From Terriglobia bacterium (GTDB lineage: Bacteria; Acidobacteriota; Terriglobia; 20CM-2-55-15), in contig CBDCLE010000024.1 of the NCBI GenBank assembly GCA_965218585.1, positions 64,001 through 128,000 on the forward strand: 64,000 bases of DNA. Direction: 5' to 3'. Numbering within the stretch: position 1 is the stretch's first letter; the number at the start of each line of letters is the position of its first letter. The translations under genes were made by a program, and so were the position numbers. Below are positions 1-10,360 of the stretch, one piece after another. The notes under the pieces were generated by a model. That model made no database searches. It was not told the origin of the DNA and saw only the letters and a program-made list of their open reading frames with translations.

Positions 1-145
1 CGGGGACGGGTTCATCCCCTTCGTCAACAGGTGTGCAGTGATCAGCCGGCATGGCCTGTGCACTCACTGGCAAACAGCACTCGCCAATCGCCGCAGTCAC
101 CAGTCCCAGCGAGACGACCGATGCCAATAGGATTGATTTCCTCAT
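1..145 (-). CDS. N-terminal part of a secreted Cys-containing protein (runs off the window)
   Basis: Own translation from ATG at 145: MRKSILLASVVSLGLVTAAIGECCLPVSAQAMPADHCTP..., open to the window edge, with a signal-peptide-like start. Not in the ORF track. Confidence 0.5.
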   Translation of the reverse strand, partial: MRKSILLASVVSLGLVTAAIGECCLPVSAQAMPADHCTPVDEGDEPVP

Positions 146-324
146 GGTCCTGTACTTAGACGCTACTATAGTTTCAGCCCGTCAATCAACTTTCTTGCAC
201 TTCGAATCCAGGCCTTGCTGGCCGCGGTCGCCTTCCGGCAATCAGGTGTTGATGCCATGGGCGTTGATAGGCGCGTTGATTTACGTTCCCGACGTACGAT
301 ATAAACATTCGGCGAGTTGCGCTT

Positions 325-1770
325 ATGCTCCTGCATATCAACCATTTCCGGAAAGGTCGGGCCAGTGTCGCAAGCGACGTCGTGTCGACGCTGCTCTCCC
401 TGTTTGAAGACGAGCAACTCGACAGAAAAATCCTGCCGCATTTGAACGTTCATCTGGACTGGGTCCAGTACAAGAACAACTTCCGAGAAGCAGTCGACCT
501 TCGGAAAGCGGTGCGTGACGGGCAGGATCTGCCGCTCGTCGAACTCGTCATTGACGAGCGTCAGGTCTGCAAGGACACCTTGAGAGCAGACATGACCAGA
601 GTTCTCGGCGAGGTTCGGTCCGATCCCGTAGAGGATGGCCGGCACGTCGCCCTCGAAACCTTTGGTCCGGGACGAGAGAGTATCATCTGGAATTTCGACA
701 TGTTGTACTGGCACTACCTCGCCCAGTGGGAACAATTTTCAGGTCGGGAATATGAGAAGGCGCTACCGTCCGGGTCATCAGACGGTCACAACCCGGTTGC
801 CATCAAGGACTCCGTGGATGAATTCTGGAAACTGCTCCAGGATATGGAGAGTAAGAATCAGCTTCCTGAGGAGTTCTTCGTCATGGAAATCGGTGTGGGT
901 ACCGCCTCTCGCGCACACCAGTGGCTCGACCTTTTAAAAGAGTTGGATGAAGAACGGGGCAGTCAGTACTATCCAAAAATCCGCTTCCTGCTTGCCGATT
1001 ACGCTATGGCGACTCTGGATCGAGCTCGGGAGAAGCTCAAGGACCATAGCGAGGTCACTAGCTTCATTGTCGTTGACGCTATCGACCCCTTCAAATCGCT
1101 TTCGTTCCTCCGCTACAAGGTGCTGTATATCCACCTGACGAATGTCTACGACAACCTGCAGACAGACGAGATCGTTCTCAGGGATGGCCGCTATTTTTTT
1201 GTAGAAGTCCGGGCCTACATCAAGGCCTCAGCGGTTGAAGCGATTTCGGGCAAATACGGAGTGGGATCAGGCGATCTGGTCAGAACAGTCAATCGTCTGT
1301 TAGACGTGGGGCCGGATCATTTTTCCGAAGTCGATGACGGCGCTGCTTTCTGGCAGGAGGTTTGGGCTGCTGTTCACCTTGAGGAAAGACTTGTCGCGGT
1401 TGACAGCCTTTCGGAAGCTCAATTACCGTCAGGTATGAGGGCGTCGCATCTGGAGGAGCTTGTCGGGGATGGATCGACGAACATTCGGTTCCACCTGAGT
1501 TCGGGTGCGGTTGAGAGTTTCGCCAATACGATTCCTCTCTTACATCCGCAGGGTTACCTGCAGGTGCAGGACATCTTTGTCACCGATTTGGCCGACTATC
1601 TCCAGGGTTTTCGAGGGCCCGGGAAGATGGACGGTTCCATCGTCAATTGGGTCAACGGGGCGCTGCTGGCCGAGGTCGGAGAGCAGGCCGGATACGACGT
1701 CCACTTTGCGCCTTTCCGTTACAGAGAAGGTTCGAGGACGTCGATTCTCTACACGACTCAAAGGGAGTAG
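325..1770 (+). CDS. Class I SAM-dependent methyltransferase-fold protein (MidA/NDUFAF7-like), function unknown
   Basis: 481 aa. Motif I-like VMEIGVGTA, acidic residue after beta2 (LLADY), VVDA, and TNVYDNL resembling the MidA-family NE..DAL motif. Confidence 0.65.
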   Translation: MLLHINHFRKGRASVASDVVSTLLSLFEDEQLDRKILPHLNVHLDWVQYKNNFREAVDLRKAVRDGQDLPLVELVIDERQVCKDTLRADMTRVLGEVRSDPVEDGRHVALETFGPGRESIIWNFDMLYWHYLAQWEQFSGREYEKALPSGSSDGHNPVAIKDSVDEFWKLLQDMESKNQLPEEFFVMEIGVGTASRAHQWLDLLKELDEERGSQYYPKIRFLLADYAMATLDRAREKLKDHSEVTSFIVVDAIDPFKSLSFLRYKVLYIHLTNVYDNLQTDEIVLRDGRYFFVEVRAYIKASAVEAISGKYGVGSGDLVRTVNRLLDVGPDHFSEVDDGAAFWQEVWAAVHLEERLVAVDSLSEAQLPSGMRASHLEELVGDGSTNIRFHLSSGAVESFANTIPLLHPQGYLQVQDIFVTDLADYLQGFRGPGKMDGSIVNWVNGALLAEVGEQAGYDVHFAPFRYREGSRTSILYTTQRE

Positions 1771-1799
1771 TGGCTCCTGTCGGCTACTAATACGGAATA

Positions 1800-2801
1800 A
1801 TGAAATTACCAATCTTACCCACAGCAGTTGTCGGAAGCTATTCAATGCCCGGTTGGCTGGAACGACTCAAGACCGAATACTCTCTCCGGAAGATCAGTCG
1901 TCAGGAGCTGGACGAAATCCATGATGCGGCTCTTAAGGCGGCTATCAAGGATCAGGAGAATGCCGGAGTCGACATCATCAGTGATGGGGAACTCCGACGG
2001 GACAACATGATCGACTATTTCGCCGAGCGCCTGCCCGGCGTGCAGATCGACCATGCTTCAAAGAAGTTTTATTACGACTACTACGACAGTGTCGTCAGGG
2101 GAAAGATCCCCGTGTCGTCCCTTGGCCTGGTCGATGACTTCAAGTTCCTGGCCGCCAATACAGTTCGGGAAACGAAGTTCTGTGTCACCGGTCCACATTC
2201 ATTAGTGAAACGCATTCGCAACGAGTATTACCCAAGCGAAGAAGAGTTCGCCCTCGATCTGGCCCGCGTAATGAATCTCGAATTGAAGGAGTTGGCGAAG
2301 GCCGGAGCTAAGCGTATTCAGGTTGATGAGCCGTACTATTCTGGCTTTCCGACTGATCTGACGTGGGGCGTTAAGGCGTTGAACACTCTGGTCGACGGTG
2401 TGGACGCCGAGATCGGGTTGCACATCTGCTATGGCAACCGGTATGGGAAGCCTTCGTGGGCGGGAAACTACCGATACCTGTTCCCGACGATTCTCGAAGC
2501 CCAGGTGCATGAACTCACGTTGGAATTCGCCTGGCGAGGTGGCGAAGACCTGGAGCTCTTCCAGGAATTTCCGAATTCGTTCAGACTGGGTGTTGGTGTC
2601 ATCGATGTGAAGAGTGACGCGCCAGAAACCCCGGACATTGTCGCTGAGCGCATCCGACATGCGCTCAAGTTTGTGCCAGCGGAAAGGGCCGTTGTCCTTC
2701 CTGATTGCGGCTGCCACCATCTGGCGCAGCCTGTCGCGTTTGCCAAGCTTCGCGCCATGGTCGAGGGGGCCGAGATCGTCCGACGATCGCTGGAAGGCTG
2801 A
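1800..2801 (+). CDS. Core (single-barrel) cobalamin-independent methionine synthase family protein
   Basis: 333 aa. TAVVGSY, AGVDIISDGELRR, TGP, IQVDEP; Zn ligands HIC, LEF, PDCG. No N-terminal MetE barrel. Confidence 0.9.
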   Translation: MKLPILPTAVVGSYSMPGWLERLKTEYSLRKISRQELDEIHDAALKAAIKDQENAGVDIISDGELRRDNMIDYFAERLPGVQIDHASKKFYYDYYDSVVRGKIPVSSLGLVDDFKFLAANTVRETKFCVTGPHSLVKRIRNEYYPSEEEFALDLARVMNLELKELAKAGAKRIQVDEPYYSGFPTDLTWGVKALNTLVDGVDAEIGLHICYGNRYGKPSWAGNYRYLFPTILEAQVHELTLEFAWRGGEDLELFQEFPNSFRLGVGVIDVKSDAPETPDIVAERIRHALKFVPAERAVVLPDCGCHHLAQPVAFAKLRAMVEGAEIVRRSLEG

Positions 2802-2933
2802 TTCGCTTTCAACGAATCGGCTACGCAAAGTTTTCGCCAAAGCTCCCATTTTTTCCTGCACGCACACAGACTCTGCTCCCAGTTTCATTGGTATAATTGC
2901 GACACCCTTTCCTTTCCATAGGAAACGCCTCGC

Positions 2934-3395
2934 ATGCCTCAGAAAAAGAAAAATATTACCCTCCAACTGTTCTATGAAGAGTTTCAAAGCCGCATGGGTG
3001 CGCTTGAAAGCGGTATGGGTGGGGTTGAAGGCCGTATGGGTGGCCTGGAAAACGAAATGACCGGTCTCAAAGACGAAATGAGTGGGCTCGATGGCCGAAT
3101 GGGCAGCCTCGAATCCTCCCAGCGCTCGGTTCTGGCCCAGCTGGCGACGATCAACAGGCGCCTGGTATCGCTTGAAGAGATTACGTCGCGTCTGGGCGAT
3201 CGTCTCGATACGCTCCATAGCCTGTGTGAGGGTCTGGGCAAGGGATTTGAGAACCTTACAGATGAGTACCATGCGATTACCGCCGGCTTGAAGCGGCTCG
3301 AAGAGCGGTTCGACCAGTTTGAAGCGGACCGGATTACCGAACGTATCGCGTCTCTTGAACGTAAGGTCGAAGCTCTGGAACGAGGCCGGAATTAG
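2934..3395 (+). CDS. Heptad-repeat coiled-coil protein
   Basis: Repeats RMGALES/GMGGVEG/RMGGLEN/EMTGLKD/EMSGLDG/RMGSLES. TGGTATAAT extended -10 lies upstream (~2889-2897). Confidence 0.7.
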   Translation: MPQKKKNITLQLFYEEFQSRMGALESGMGGVEGRMGGLENEMTGLKDEMSGLDGRMGSLESSQRSVLAQLATINRRLVSLEEITSRLGDRLDTLHSLCEGLGKGFENLTDEYHAITAGLKRLEERFDQFEADRITERIASLERKVEALERGRN

Positions 3396-3428
3396 CCACA
3401 CCGATAGGGTCCTTCGTAATAGCTCTTC

Positions 3429-4361
3429 CTACCTAAGAAACGCCACGACAAGCGCCAGCGTAATCAGCGAGGCTGCCGTGGAAAGGACGACGGTGGCGCC
3501 GACCGTGGAGGAGAGTATCTCGGAGTCCTCGGCGAAGAGGTATGCGTTGACGCCGGTTGGCTGAGCTGCGACAAGGACACCAACCCCGGCCCAAAGAGGG
3601 CTGAGATCGAAGACGAGAAAAGCGAGGACGAACACGGCCAGCGGATGAACGATGTTCTTGAGGAGGACCAGACTGAGAGCTTCTCGCAATTCGCCACGAA
3701 GCGAATAGCGCGAAAGGGAAGCCCCGAGAGTGAAAAGGGCACACCCGGGGGCTGCAGAACTCAGCATCTCTGCAATTGAGTTAAAGGGTTCGACGATACC
3801 GAGACCCGCCAGGTTAATCGTGAGTCCTAGGAGCAGTCCCAAGATCACGGGGTTCGCGGCGTGGGTTTTGAGAACTGAAACGAGGAGACCACCCGGCCCT
3901 TGGTTCATTCCGCCCGCGATGCCTTCAATGGATTTTGCCAGGAAAAACAGAACAGCCGCGTTACAGGAAAGAATCATGTACATCGGCAGTTCGCCCGCCT
4001 CGCCATAGACCAGAAGCACGATAGGAATCCCCATAACAACTATGTTGGAGTAAGAGGACCCCAGGCCAAAGACAGACAGTTTTTCCAAAGGATGGCCGAA
4101 GAACAACCCTCCGATCCCCGCACCGGCGCCGTAGGCAACGAGGGTGCCGCCGTAGTATGCACCCATCAGTGGCCACTCAATGACTTCAGAGAAAGAGACG
4201 TTTGCCATGGCCTGAACCAGCATGACGGGTATGGCGATTCGGAATGTGAAGCGGGAGAGTCCACGGATTCCTTCTTTATCGATCACCCGGATCCATCCAA
4301 CGAGGTAACGCACAAGAATGAGTCCGAAAACGGGAGAGGACGATTGTATGAGATTTCCCAA
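3429..4361 (-). CDS. AEC (auxin efflux carrier) family transporter
   Basis: Multi-TM protein with SYSNIVVMGIP, NPVILG, ALFTLGASL, AAQPTGVNAY. Start probably TTG 4361 (ORF is open to 4400). Confidence 0.85.
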   Translation of the reverse strand: MGNLIQSSSPVFGLILVRYLVGWIRVIDKEGIRGLSRFTFRIAIPVMLVQAMANVSFSEVIEWPLMGAYYGGTLVAYGAGAGIGGLFFGHPLEKLSVFGLGSSYSNIVVMGIPIVLLVYGEAGELPMYMILSCNAAVLFFLAKSIEGIAGGMNQGPGGLLVSVLKTHAANPVILGLLLGLTINLAGLGIVEPFNSIAEMLSSAAPGCALFTLGASLSRYSLRGELREALSLVLLKNIVHPLAVFVLAFLVFDLSPLWAGVGVLVAAQPTGVNAYLFAEDSEILSSTVGATVVLSTAASLITLALVVAFLR

Positions 4362-4611
4362 AGTACCTTTCTTGCGCCACGGGGTTTTTCCCGGCCTCAA
4401 AGATCTCGCGCAGGATAGCGCATACGGCTGCGGTCACGCCATCGTCCGGTCGAGGGGCGAGTATGTGGTCGCGAGTGCAAGTTTCAGCGAATAAATGATC
4501 CAGTCGGACTTAAATCAGCTAAATACATTAATTACTCTTTTAGTGGGTGCCGATTCAAGGAGTATTAAGTTATCAGTGAACTATTTTTCAGATCTTTAGG
4601 CTTGATTAAAC

Positions 4612-4631
4612 ATATAAAGATATATTTATAT
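4612..4631. promoter_or_regulatory. Palindromic operator, probable SahR site overlapping the promoter
   Basis: ATATAAAGATATATTTATAT (ATATAAA-N6-TTTATAT), directly upstream of the ArsR-MTase gene, with TTGATT at 4602-4607. Resembles the described SahR motif. Confidence 0.7.
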
Positions 4632-4638
4632 AGACTCT

Positions 4639-5661
4639 ATGGTTTTAGCGTCCGATCTTCCCCTGTTGAGTGCCGTGCATCACTTGCGAGCGATCGCCGA
4701 ACCTACACGTCTGCGATTGATCCATCTTCTGGCGCACGGAGAATTGACCGTTACTGAGATCTGCCAGGTACTGGGCCAGAGCCAACCCCGAGTCAGCCGA
4801 CATCTGAAACTGCTCTTGGACGGTGGCTTTGTAACGCGATTTCCAGAAGGTGCGTGGGTTTTTTACCGTCTGGCCGACGGCAGGGAACGAGGGGCTCCCG
4901 GGGATCTGGCGAGCATGCTCATCGAAAGGCTCGACGAAAGGGATCCTGTGATTGCGGGCGACCTGGAACGATTGACAGAGGTCAAAGCTGTCCGTGCCGG
5001 GGAAGCTGCCGCTTACTTTGAAGCCCATGCGGGGGAATGGATCCGGGTCCGCGCTCTCTATCAGCCCGTAGCCGAAGTCGAGACTGCCATGCTCGACCTT
5101 CTCGGGTCCGAGCCGATCGAATTTCTGGTCGACTTCGGAACCGGTACGGGACGCGTCCTGGAACTTCTCAGTGGTCTGTATCAACGCGCCGTAGGGTTCG
5201 ATACAAATCACGCGATGCTCGGTGCGGCCCGTGTGAATCTGGATCAAGCTCGGATACGCCATGCGCATGTCCAGCACGGAAACCTCCTTTCTCTGCCACG
5301 TGTGTTAGATGTGCCCGACGCTGTTGTCATCCATCAGGTTCTGCACTACCTCGACAATCCCGCGGCAGCTGTTCTTTCCGCTGGAAGGCTCCTGCAGCCC
5401 GGTGGCCGACTCCTGATCGTCGATTTTGCACCGCACCAGCTTGAATTCTTGCGTACCGATCACGCTCACCGCCGATTGGGCTTTTCTGATGACGAGGTTT
5501 TCGAGTGGTGCCGGGCCGCGGGCCTTGAAGCAAAAGAAGTACGTCAGGTGAGGCCGCTGCCTGAGAAGTCCGGTGAGGTGGCGTCACCTGCCGTCTCGTT
5601 GTGGCTTGCCACAAAATCGATGCACGCACATTCGTTCGATGATCTGGAGAGGGCCGGATGA
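4639..5661 (+). CDS. sahR: ArsR-family HTH plus SAM-binding methyltransferase domain regulator (SahR-type)
   Basis: AIAEPTRLRL...QSQPRVSRHLKLL HTH; VDFGTGTG, HQVLHY, PGGRLLIVDF. Translationally coupled to metF. Confidence 0.85.
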   Translation: MVLASDLPLLSAVHHLRAIAEPTRLRLIHLLAHGELTVTEICQVLGQSQPRVSRHLKLLLDGGFVTRFPEGAWVFYRLADGRERGAPGDLASMLIERLDERDPVIAGDLERLTEVKAVRAGEAAAYFEAHAGEWIRVRALYQPVAEVETAMLDLLGSEPIEFLVDFGTGTGRVLELLSGLYQRAVGFDTNHAMLGAARVNLDQARIRHAHVQHGNLLSLPRVLDVPDAVVIHQVLHYLDNPAAAVLSAGRLLQPGGRLLIVDFAPHQLEFLRTDHAHRRLGFSDDEVFEWCRAAGLEAKEVRQVRPLPEKSGEVASPAVSLWLATKSMHAHSFDDLERAG

Positions 5662-6632
5662 GCCGGGTTCATGCCGATACCGCCTCCCCGCCCCGCGTGT
5701 CGTTTGAGTTTTTCCCTCCCAAAACGCCCCAGATGAAAACTAACCTTTGGCATTCGGTTCAGCGACTCGAGCCACTCGGGCCTTCGTTTGTTTCGGTGAC
5801 TTACGGTGCCGGGGGGAGTACCCGGGAACGGACCCACGACACGGTGAAGCGGATCGTTCGGGAAACCTCATTGGATGTTGCCGGACACCTGACATGCGTG
5901 GCCGCTTCGCGAGAGGAAGTAAATGCGGTAGCCCAGGATTACTGGGACGTCGGTGTGCGACACATCGTGGCCCTCCGTGGCGATCCACCGGCCGGAGCGG
6001 GCAACACGTATGAACCCCATCCGGAAGGCTACGCCACGAGTGCCGACCTGGTCGCGGGCATCAAACAGTGCGCAGCTTTCGAGGTCAGCGTTGGTTGCTA
6101 CCCTGAAGTCCATCCCGAAGCAACCAGCCCTCAGGTCGACCTGGATGTGCTCAAACGCAAAGTGGATGCGGGTGCCGACCGCGCAATCACGCAGTTCTTC
6201 TTCGATCCGGAAATTTTCTTGCGGTTTCTGGACAGGGTCCGAGCCGCAGGCATCACGATCCCCGTTGTCCCGGGTGTAATGCCGATCGCAAACTTCAAGA
6301 ACATCCAAAAGTTCGCTGCTAAGGTCGGAACGCACATCCCGAAACGGTTGACTCAAGTGTTCGAGGGTCTCGACGATGAGCCGACAACCCAACCGCTGGT
6401 GGCTGCCAGCTGCGCCGCCGAGCTCTGCCTCGATCTTCGCGAACAGGGCGTCGATGATTTCCATTTCTATACTCTGAACCGGCCCGAACTGACTGCCGCA
6501 ACATGTCGAATCCTTGGTATTAAAGCCGCCGCCGCTAGTATCAAGGCCGCCGGCCCCGGTGTTAAGGCCGCTGGCCCGGAAGTCAAGCCCGCCGCCGACG
6601 GGTCAGTTCCGACCCAGGCCCAGGAATCATGA
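5658..6632 (+). CDS. metF: 5,10-methylenetetrahydrofolate reductase
   Basis: [44 protein letters not shown]. Confidence 0.97.
   Translation: MSRVHADTASPPRVSFEFFPPKTPQMKTNLWHSVQRLEPLGPSFVSVTYGAGGSTRERTHDTVKRIVRETSLDVAGHLTCVAASREEVNAVAQDYWDVGVRHIVALRGDPPAGAGNTYEPHPEGYATSADLVAGIKQCAAFEVSVGCYPEVHPEATSPQVDLDVLKRKVDAGADRAITQFFFDPEIFLRFLDRVRAAGITIPVVPGVMPIANFKNIQKFAAKVGTHIPKRLTQVFEGLDDEPTTQPLVAASCAAELCLDLREQGVDDFHFYTLNRPELTAATCRILGIKAAAASIKAAGPGVKAAGPEVKPAADGSVPTQAQES
6519..6599 (+). repeat. About four imperfect 21-bp tandem repeats forming the MetF C-terminal tail
   Basis: Encodes [27 protein letters not shown]. Confidence 0.7.
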
Positions 6633-9600
6633 CGCACAGCGAGCGCGTCGTACTGCTTCACAGGGAGGCTGCTTCGCGCATCCTGGTCCTTGACGGTGCG
6701 ATGGGGACGATGATTCAGCAGCACAAGCTGACTGAGGCAGATTTCCGTGGCGATCGCTTCGGCGAGCACGGTAAGGACATATGCGGTAATAACGATATCG
6801 TCGCCCTGTCTCAGCCCGAACTGTTGCGCGAAATCCATACCGAGTACTTCAGGGCCGGTGCCGACATCGGCAAGACGAATACCTTCAACGCGAACCCGAT
6901 ATCCCAATCGGATTACGGCATGGTGGATCTGGTGTATGAGCTCAACCATGCCGCCGCCACGATTGCCAGGGAAGCTGCATACGAGATAGAGGTCGAAGAC
7001 GGCCGTCCCCGTTTTGTCGCGGGTGTGATGGGGCCGACGAACCGGACAGCCTCGATGTCTCCAGATGTTCGTGATCCTGGATTTAGGAACGTCACCTTCC
7101 AAGATTTGCGGGAGGCATATGGCGCTCAGGCACGCGCACTTGTGGATGGGGATGTCGACATCCTGCTGTTGGAGACAATTTTCGATACGCTCAATGCCAA
7201 GGCCGCCTTGTTTGCAATCGACGAGCTTTTCGAGGAACTGGGCACGACCTTGCCGGTCATGATTTCGGGAACGATCACGGACCGGTCGGGCCGGATCCTC
7301 TCCGGGCAGACAGTCGAAGGTTTTTGGAACTCCGTGCGTCACGTTGAGCCGTTTTCAATCGGTCTCAACTGCGCCCTCGGGGCCAAAGAACTCCGCCAAT
7401 ACGTCGAAGAGTTGTCTGAGTTGGCCGATTGTCTGGTCAGTGCCCATCCGAACCTGGGTCTACCCAATGAACTGGGTGGTTACGACGAACCTCCTGAAAC
7501 GATGGCAGCTCTGGTCAGCGAATTTGCGGATTCCGGTCTCGCCAACATCGTCGGAGGATGTTGCGGAACGACCCCGGGCCACATCGCCCAGGTCGCAAGA
7601 GCAGTTGCCGGCGTCACGCCGCGTGTGCCTACGGCACCGAAGAACATGTTGCGTCTTTCCGGTCTCGAACCCCTCAACCATGATCCCGATCGAGCCGCTG
7701 AACGGACTGCGACGTTCATCAACATCGGGGAGCGCGCGAACGTCACCGGTTCGGCGAAGTTCAGAAAGCTTATTGAGGCCGACGATTTTGAAGCAGCTCT
7801 GGAGGTGGCCCGCCAGCAGGTTCAGAACGGAGCCCAGATCATCGATGTCAACATGGATGAAGGCATGCTCGATTCGGAGGCGGTCATGGTGAGGTTTCTC
7901 AATCTCATCGCCGGTGAACCGGACATCGCTCGGGTTCCGGTCATGATCGACTCGTCAAAATGGTCGGTTATCGAAGCCGGACTCCGAGCCGTACAGGGTA
8001 AGGCGATCGTAAACTCGATCAGCCTCAAGGAAGGCGAAGCGCCGTTCCTTCGGCAGGCGCGGCTGGCGAAGCGTTACGGAGCCGCCGTAGTCGTGATGGC
8101 GTTCGACGAAAACGGCCAGGCCGGCTCGGCGGACGGTAAGGTCGAGATCTGCACCCGTTCCTACAAGCTGCTGACCGAGGAAGTCGGCATACCTCCTGAA
8201 GACATCATTTTCGATCCGAACATCTTTGCGGTGGCGACGGGAATCGAGGAACACAACGAATACGCGATTGCTTATATCGAAGCGGCCCGCCGTATCAAAG
8301 CGACGTTGCCACATGCTCATGTTTCAGGTGGTCTTTCGAACCTCTCGTTTTCCTTCCGTGGCAATAACCGGGTCCGCGAAGCCATGCATTCGGTGTTTCT
8401 CTATTACGCGATTGATGCAGGCATGGACATGGGGATCGTCAATGCCGGCCAGTTGGGGATCTATGAGGACCTCGACCCCGAACTTCGGGAGCAGATCGAA
8501 GACGTCATTCTGAACCGAAAGCCGGACGCCACTGATCGACTCGTCGAAAGTGCCGAAAGTTTGAAGGGGCAGGCGAGCGCGGATACCGGTCCGGATCTTG
8601 CCTGGCGCGACCAGCTCGTCGAAGCGCGCATCGAACACGCCCTTGTCCACGGGATCGCCGAGTTCGTTGTCGAAGACACCGAGGAAGCTCGAAAGGAAAT
8701 AGGCAGCCCCCTGGAAGTCCTGGAAGGTCCGTTGATGGACGGTATGAACACGGTCGGCGATCTCTTTGGCGCAGGAAAAATGTTTCTTCCCCAGGTCGTC
8801 AAGAGCGCGCGCGTGATGAAAAAAGCCGTTGCCCATCTGGTCCCTTTCATGGAGCAGGAAAAACTGGAAAAGGGGGACACATCGGAAACGGCGGGACGCA
8901 TCGTGCTGGCCACGGTCAAGGGAGATGTTCACGACATCGGCAAGAACATCGTCGGCGTCGTCCTTCAGTGCAACAACTTCGAAGTTGTGGATCTGGGTGC
9001 GATGGTTCCGGCCGCGGAGATTCTCGAAACAGCACGCGATGTTGGGGCGGACCTGATAGGCCTGTCCGGTTTGATTACTCCGAGTTTGGAGGAGATGGGT
9101 CATGTCGCTGCGGAAATGGAAAGGCAAGGTTTTGACATTCCGCTGCTGATCGGTGGTGCGACAACCAGTCGCCTCCACACGGCCGTTAAAATCAGTCCGA
9201 ATTATTCAAAGGGCCCGACGATTCACGTGTCCGACGCCTCGCGGGCTGTGGGAGCCGTCCAGAACCTGGTGTCCCCCGAGCAGCGCGGCCGATACCTCGG
9301 TGAAGTCAGCGAGGAGTACAGCCGGATCCGGGATCAACACTACGCGAAAGACGCGGGGCAGGGCACTCTGACTCTGGCCCAGGCACGAGCCAACGGGTTG
9401 CACGCCGATTGGTCCGGATACACCCCGCCGCGCCCCCGCTTCACGGGACTCAAGGACTTTCCAGACTACGACCTCAAGGAACTGGTCGACTACATCGACT
9501 GGGGACCGTTCTTCCACGCCTGGGAATTGTCGGGACGTTACCCCGAGATCTTGAAGGACCCGAAGAAAGGAAAAGCGGCCCATGCGCTGTTCGACGATGC

Positions 9601-10360
9601 ACAGGCCATGCTCGAGCGGATCGTCGAGGAAGGTTGGATTTCCCCGCGCGGCGTGATCGGTTTCTGGCCGGCGAACAGTTCAGGGGACGACATCGTTGTC
9701 TACACAGACGATGAACGCACCACATCGCGGGGTGCCTTCCACACGTTGCGACAGCAGTTGGTTAAGGCGTCCGGTCACAGGAACGTCGCGCTTGCGGATT
9801 ACATTGCCCCTGAAGGATCAGGAGCTGCTGATCATGTCGGTGGTTTTGCTGTAACGGCAGGGCATGGTGAGACCGCACGCGTGGAGGGCTTCAAAAGCGA
9901 ACACGACGACTATTCCGCTCTCATGCTGCAGGCCCTTACAGACCGGTTTGCCGAAGCCCTGGCCGAACGGATGCACGAGCGGGTCCGCCGCGAGTTTTGG
10001 GGTTATTCACCTGAAGAAAACTTCAATGCCGGAGAACTCCTTGCCGAGGGCTATCGCGGCATTCGACCGGCGCCGGGCTATCCCGCACAACCCGACCACA
10101 CGGAAAAGGGCTTCCTCTTCGACATCCTGGAGGCCGAATCCAGGACGGGAATAAAACTAACAGAAAGCTACGCTATGTGGCCCGGTGCGTCGGTCAGCGG
10201 GCTCTACTTCAGCCATCCCGAAAGCCGGTACCTCAGCGTGGGTAAGATCGCAGCCGACCAGGTGGAAGATTACGCGAAACGCAAGGGCATGAGCCGTCCG
10301 GACGTCGAACGCTGGTTGGCCCCGATACTTGCATACGTGCCCGCGCGTGACGTGGCCTAG
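6629..10360 (+). CDS. metH: Cobalamin-dependent methionine synthase
   Basis: 1243 aa. [37 protein letters not shown] (B12-binding), RPAPGYPA. Confidence 0.98.
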   Translation: MTHSERVVLLHREAASRILVLDGAMGTMIQQHKLTEADFRGDRFGEHGKDICGNNDIVALSQPELLREIHTEYFRAGADIGKTNTFNANPISQSDYGMVDLVYELNHAAATIAREAAYEIEVEDGRPRFVAGVMGPTNRTASMSPDVRDPGFRNVTFQDLREAYGAQARALVDGDVDILLLETIFDTLNAKAALFAIDELFEELGTTLPVMISGTITDRSGRILSGQTVEGFWNSVRHVEPFSIGLNCALGAKELRQYVEELSELADCLVSAHPNLGLPNELGGYDEPPETMAALVSEFADSGLANIVGGCCGTTPGHIAQVARAVAGVTPRVPTAPKNMLRLSGLEPLNHDPDRAAERTATFINIGERANVTGSAKFRKLIEADDFEAALEVARQQVQNGAQIIDVNMDEGMLDSEAVMVRFLNLIAGEPDIARVPVMIDSSKWSVIEAGLRAVQGKAIVNSISLKEGEAPFLRQARLAKRYGAAVVVMAFDENGQAGSADGKVEICTRSYKLLTEEVGIPPEDIIFDPNIFAVATGIEEHNEYAIAYIEAARRIKATLPHAHVSGGLSNLSFSFRGNNRVREAMHSVFLYYAIDAGMDMGIVNAGQLGIYEDLDPELREQIEDVILNRKPDATDRLVESAESLKGQASADTGPDLAWRDQLVEARIEHALVHGIAEFVVEDTEEARKEIGSPLEVLEGPLMDGMNTVGDLFGAGKMFLPQVVKSARVMKKAVAHLVPFMEQEKLEKGDTSETAGRIVLATVKGDVHDIGKNIVGVVLQCNNFEVVDLGAMVPAAEILETARDVGADLIGLSGLITPSLEEMGHVAAEMERQGFDIPLLIGGATTSRLHTAVKISPNYSKGPTIHVSDASRAVGAVQNLVSPEQRGRYLGEVSEEYSRIRDQHYAKDAGQGTLTLAQARANGLHADWSGYTPPRPRFTGLKDFPDYDLKELVDYIDWGPFFHAWELSGRYPEILKDPKKGKAAHALFDDAQAMLERIVEEGWISPRGVIGFWPANSSGDDIVVYTDDERTTSRGAFHTLRQQLVKASGHRNVALADYIAPEGSGAADHVGGFAVTAGHGETARVEGFKSEHDDYSALMLQALTDRFAEALAERMHERVRREFWGYSPEENFNAGELLAEGYRGIRPAPGYPAQPDHTEKGFLFDILEAESRTGIKLTESYAMWPGASVSGLYFSHPESRYLSVGKIAADQVEDYAKRKGMSRPDVERWLAPILAYVPARDVA

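Noticed and set aside
200-260. SAM riboswitch-like words (CTTGCTGGCC, CGGCAATC, GGTG) upstream of the MTase/core synthase pair
   Set aside because: The ATCxAGAG/P1 and GCAACC cores do not assemble, and a plausible promoter (TTGATT 276-281, TATAAA 300-305) lies downstream of it. An Rfam cmsearch would settle it.
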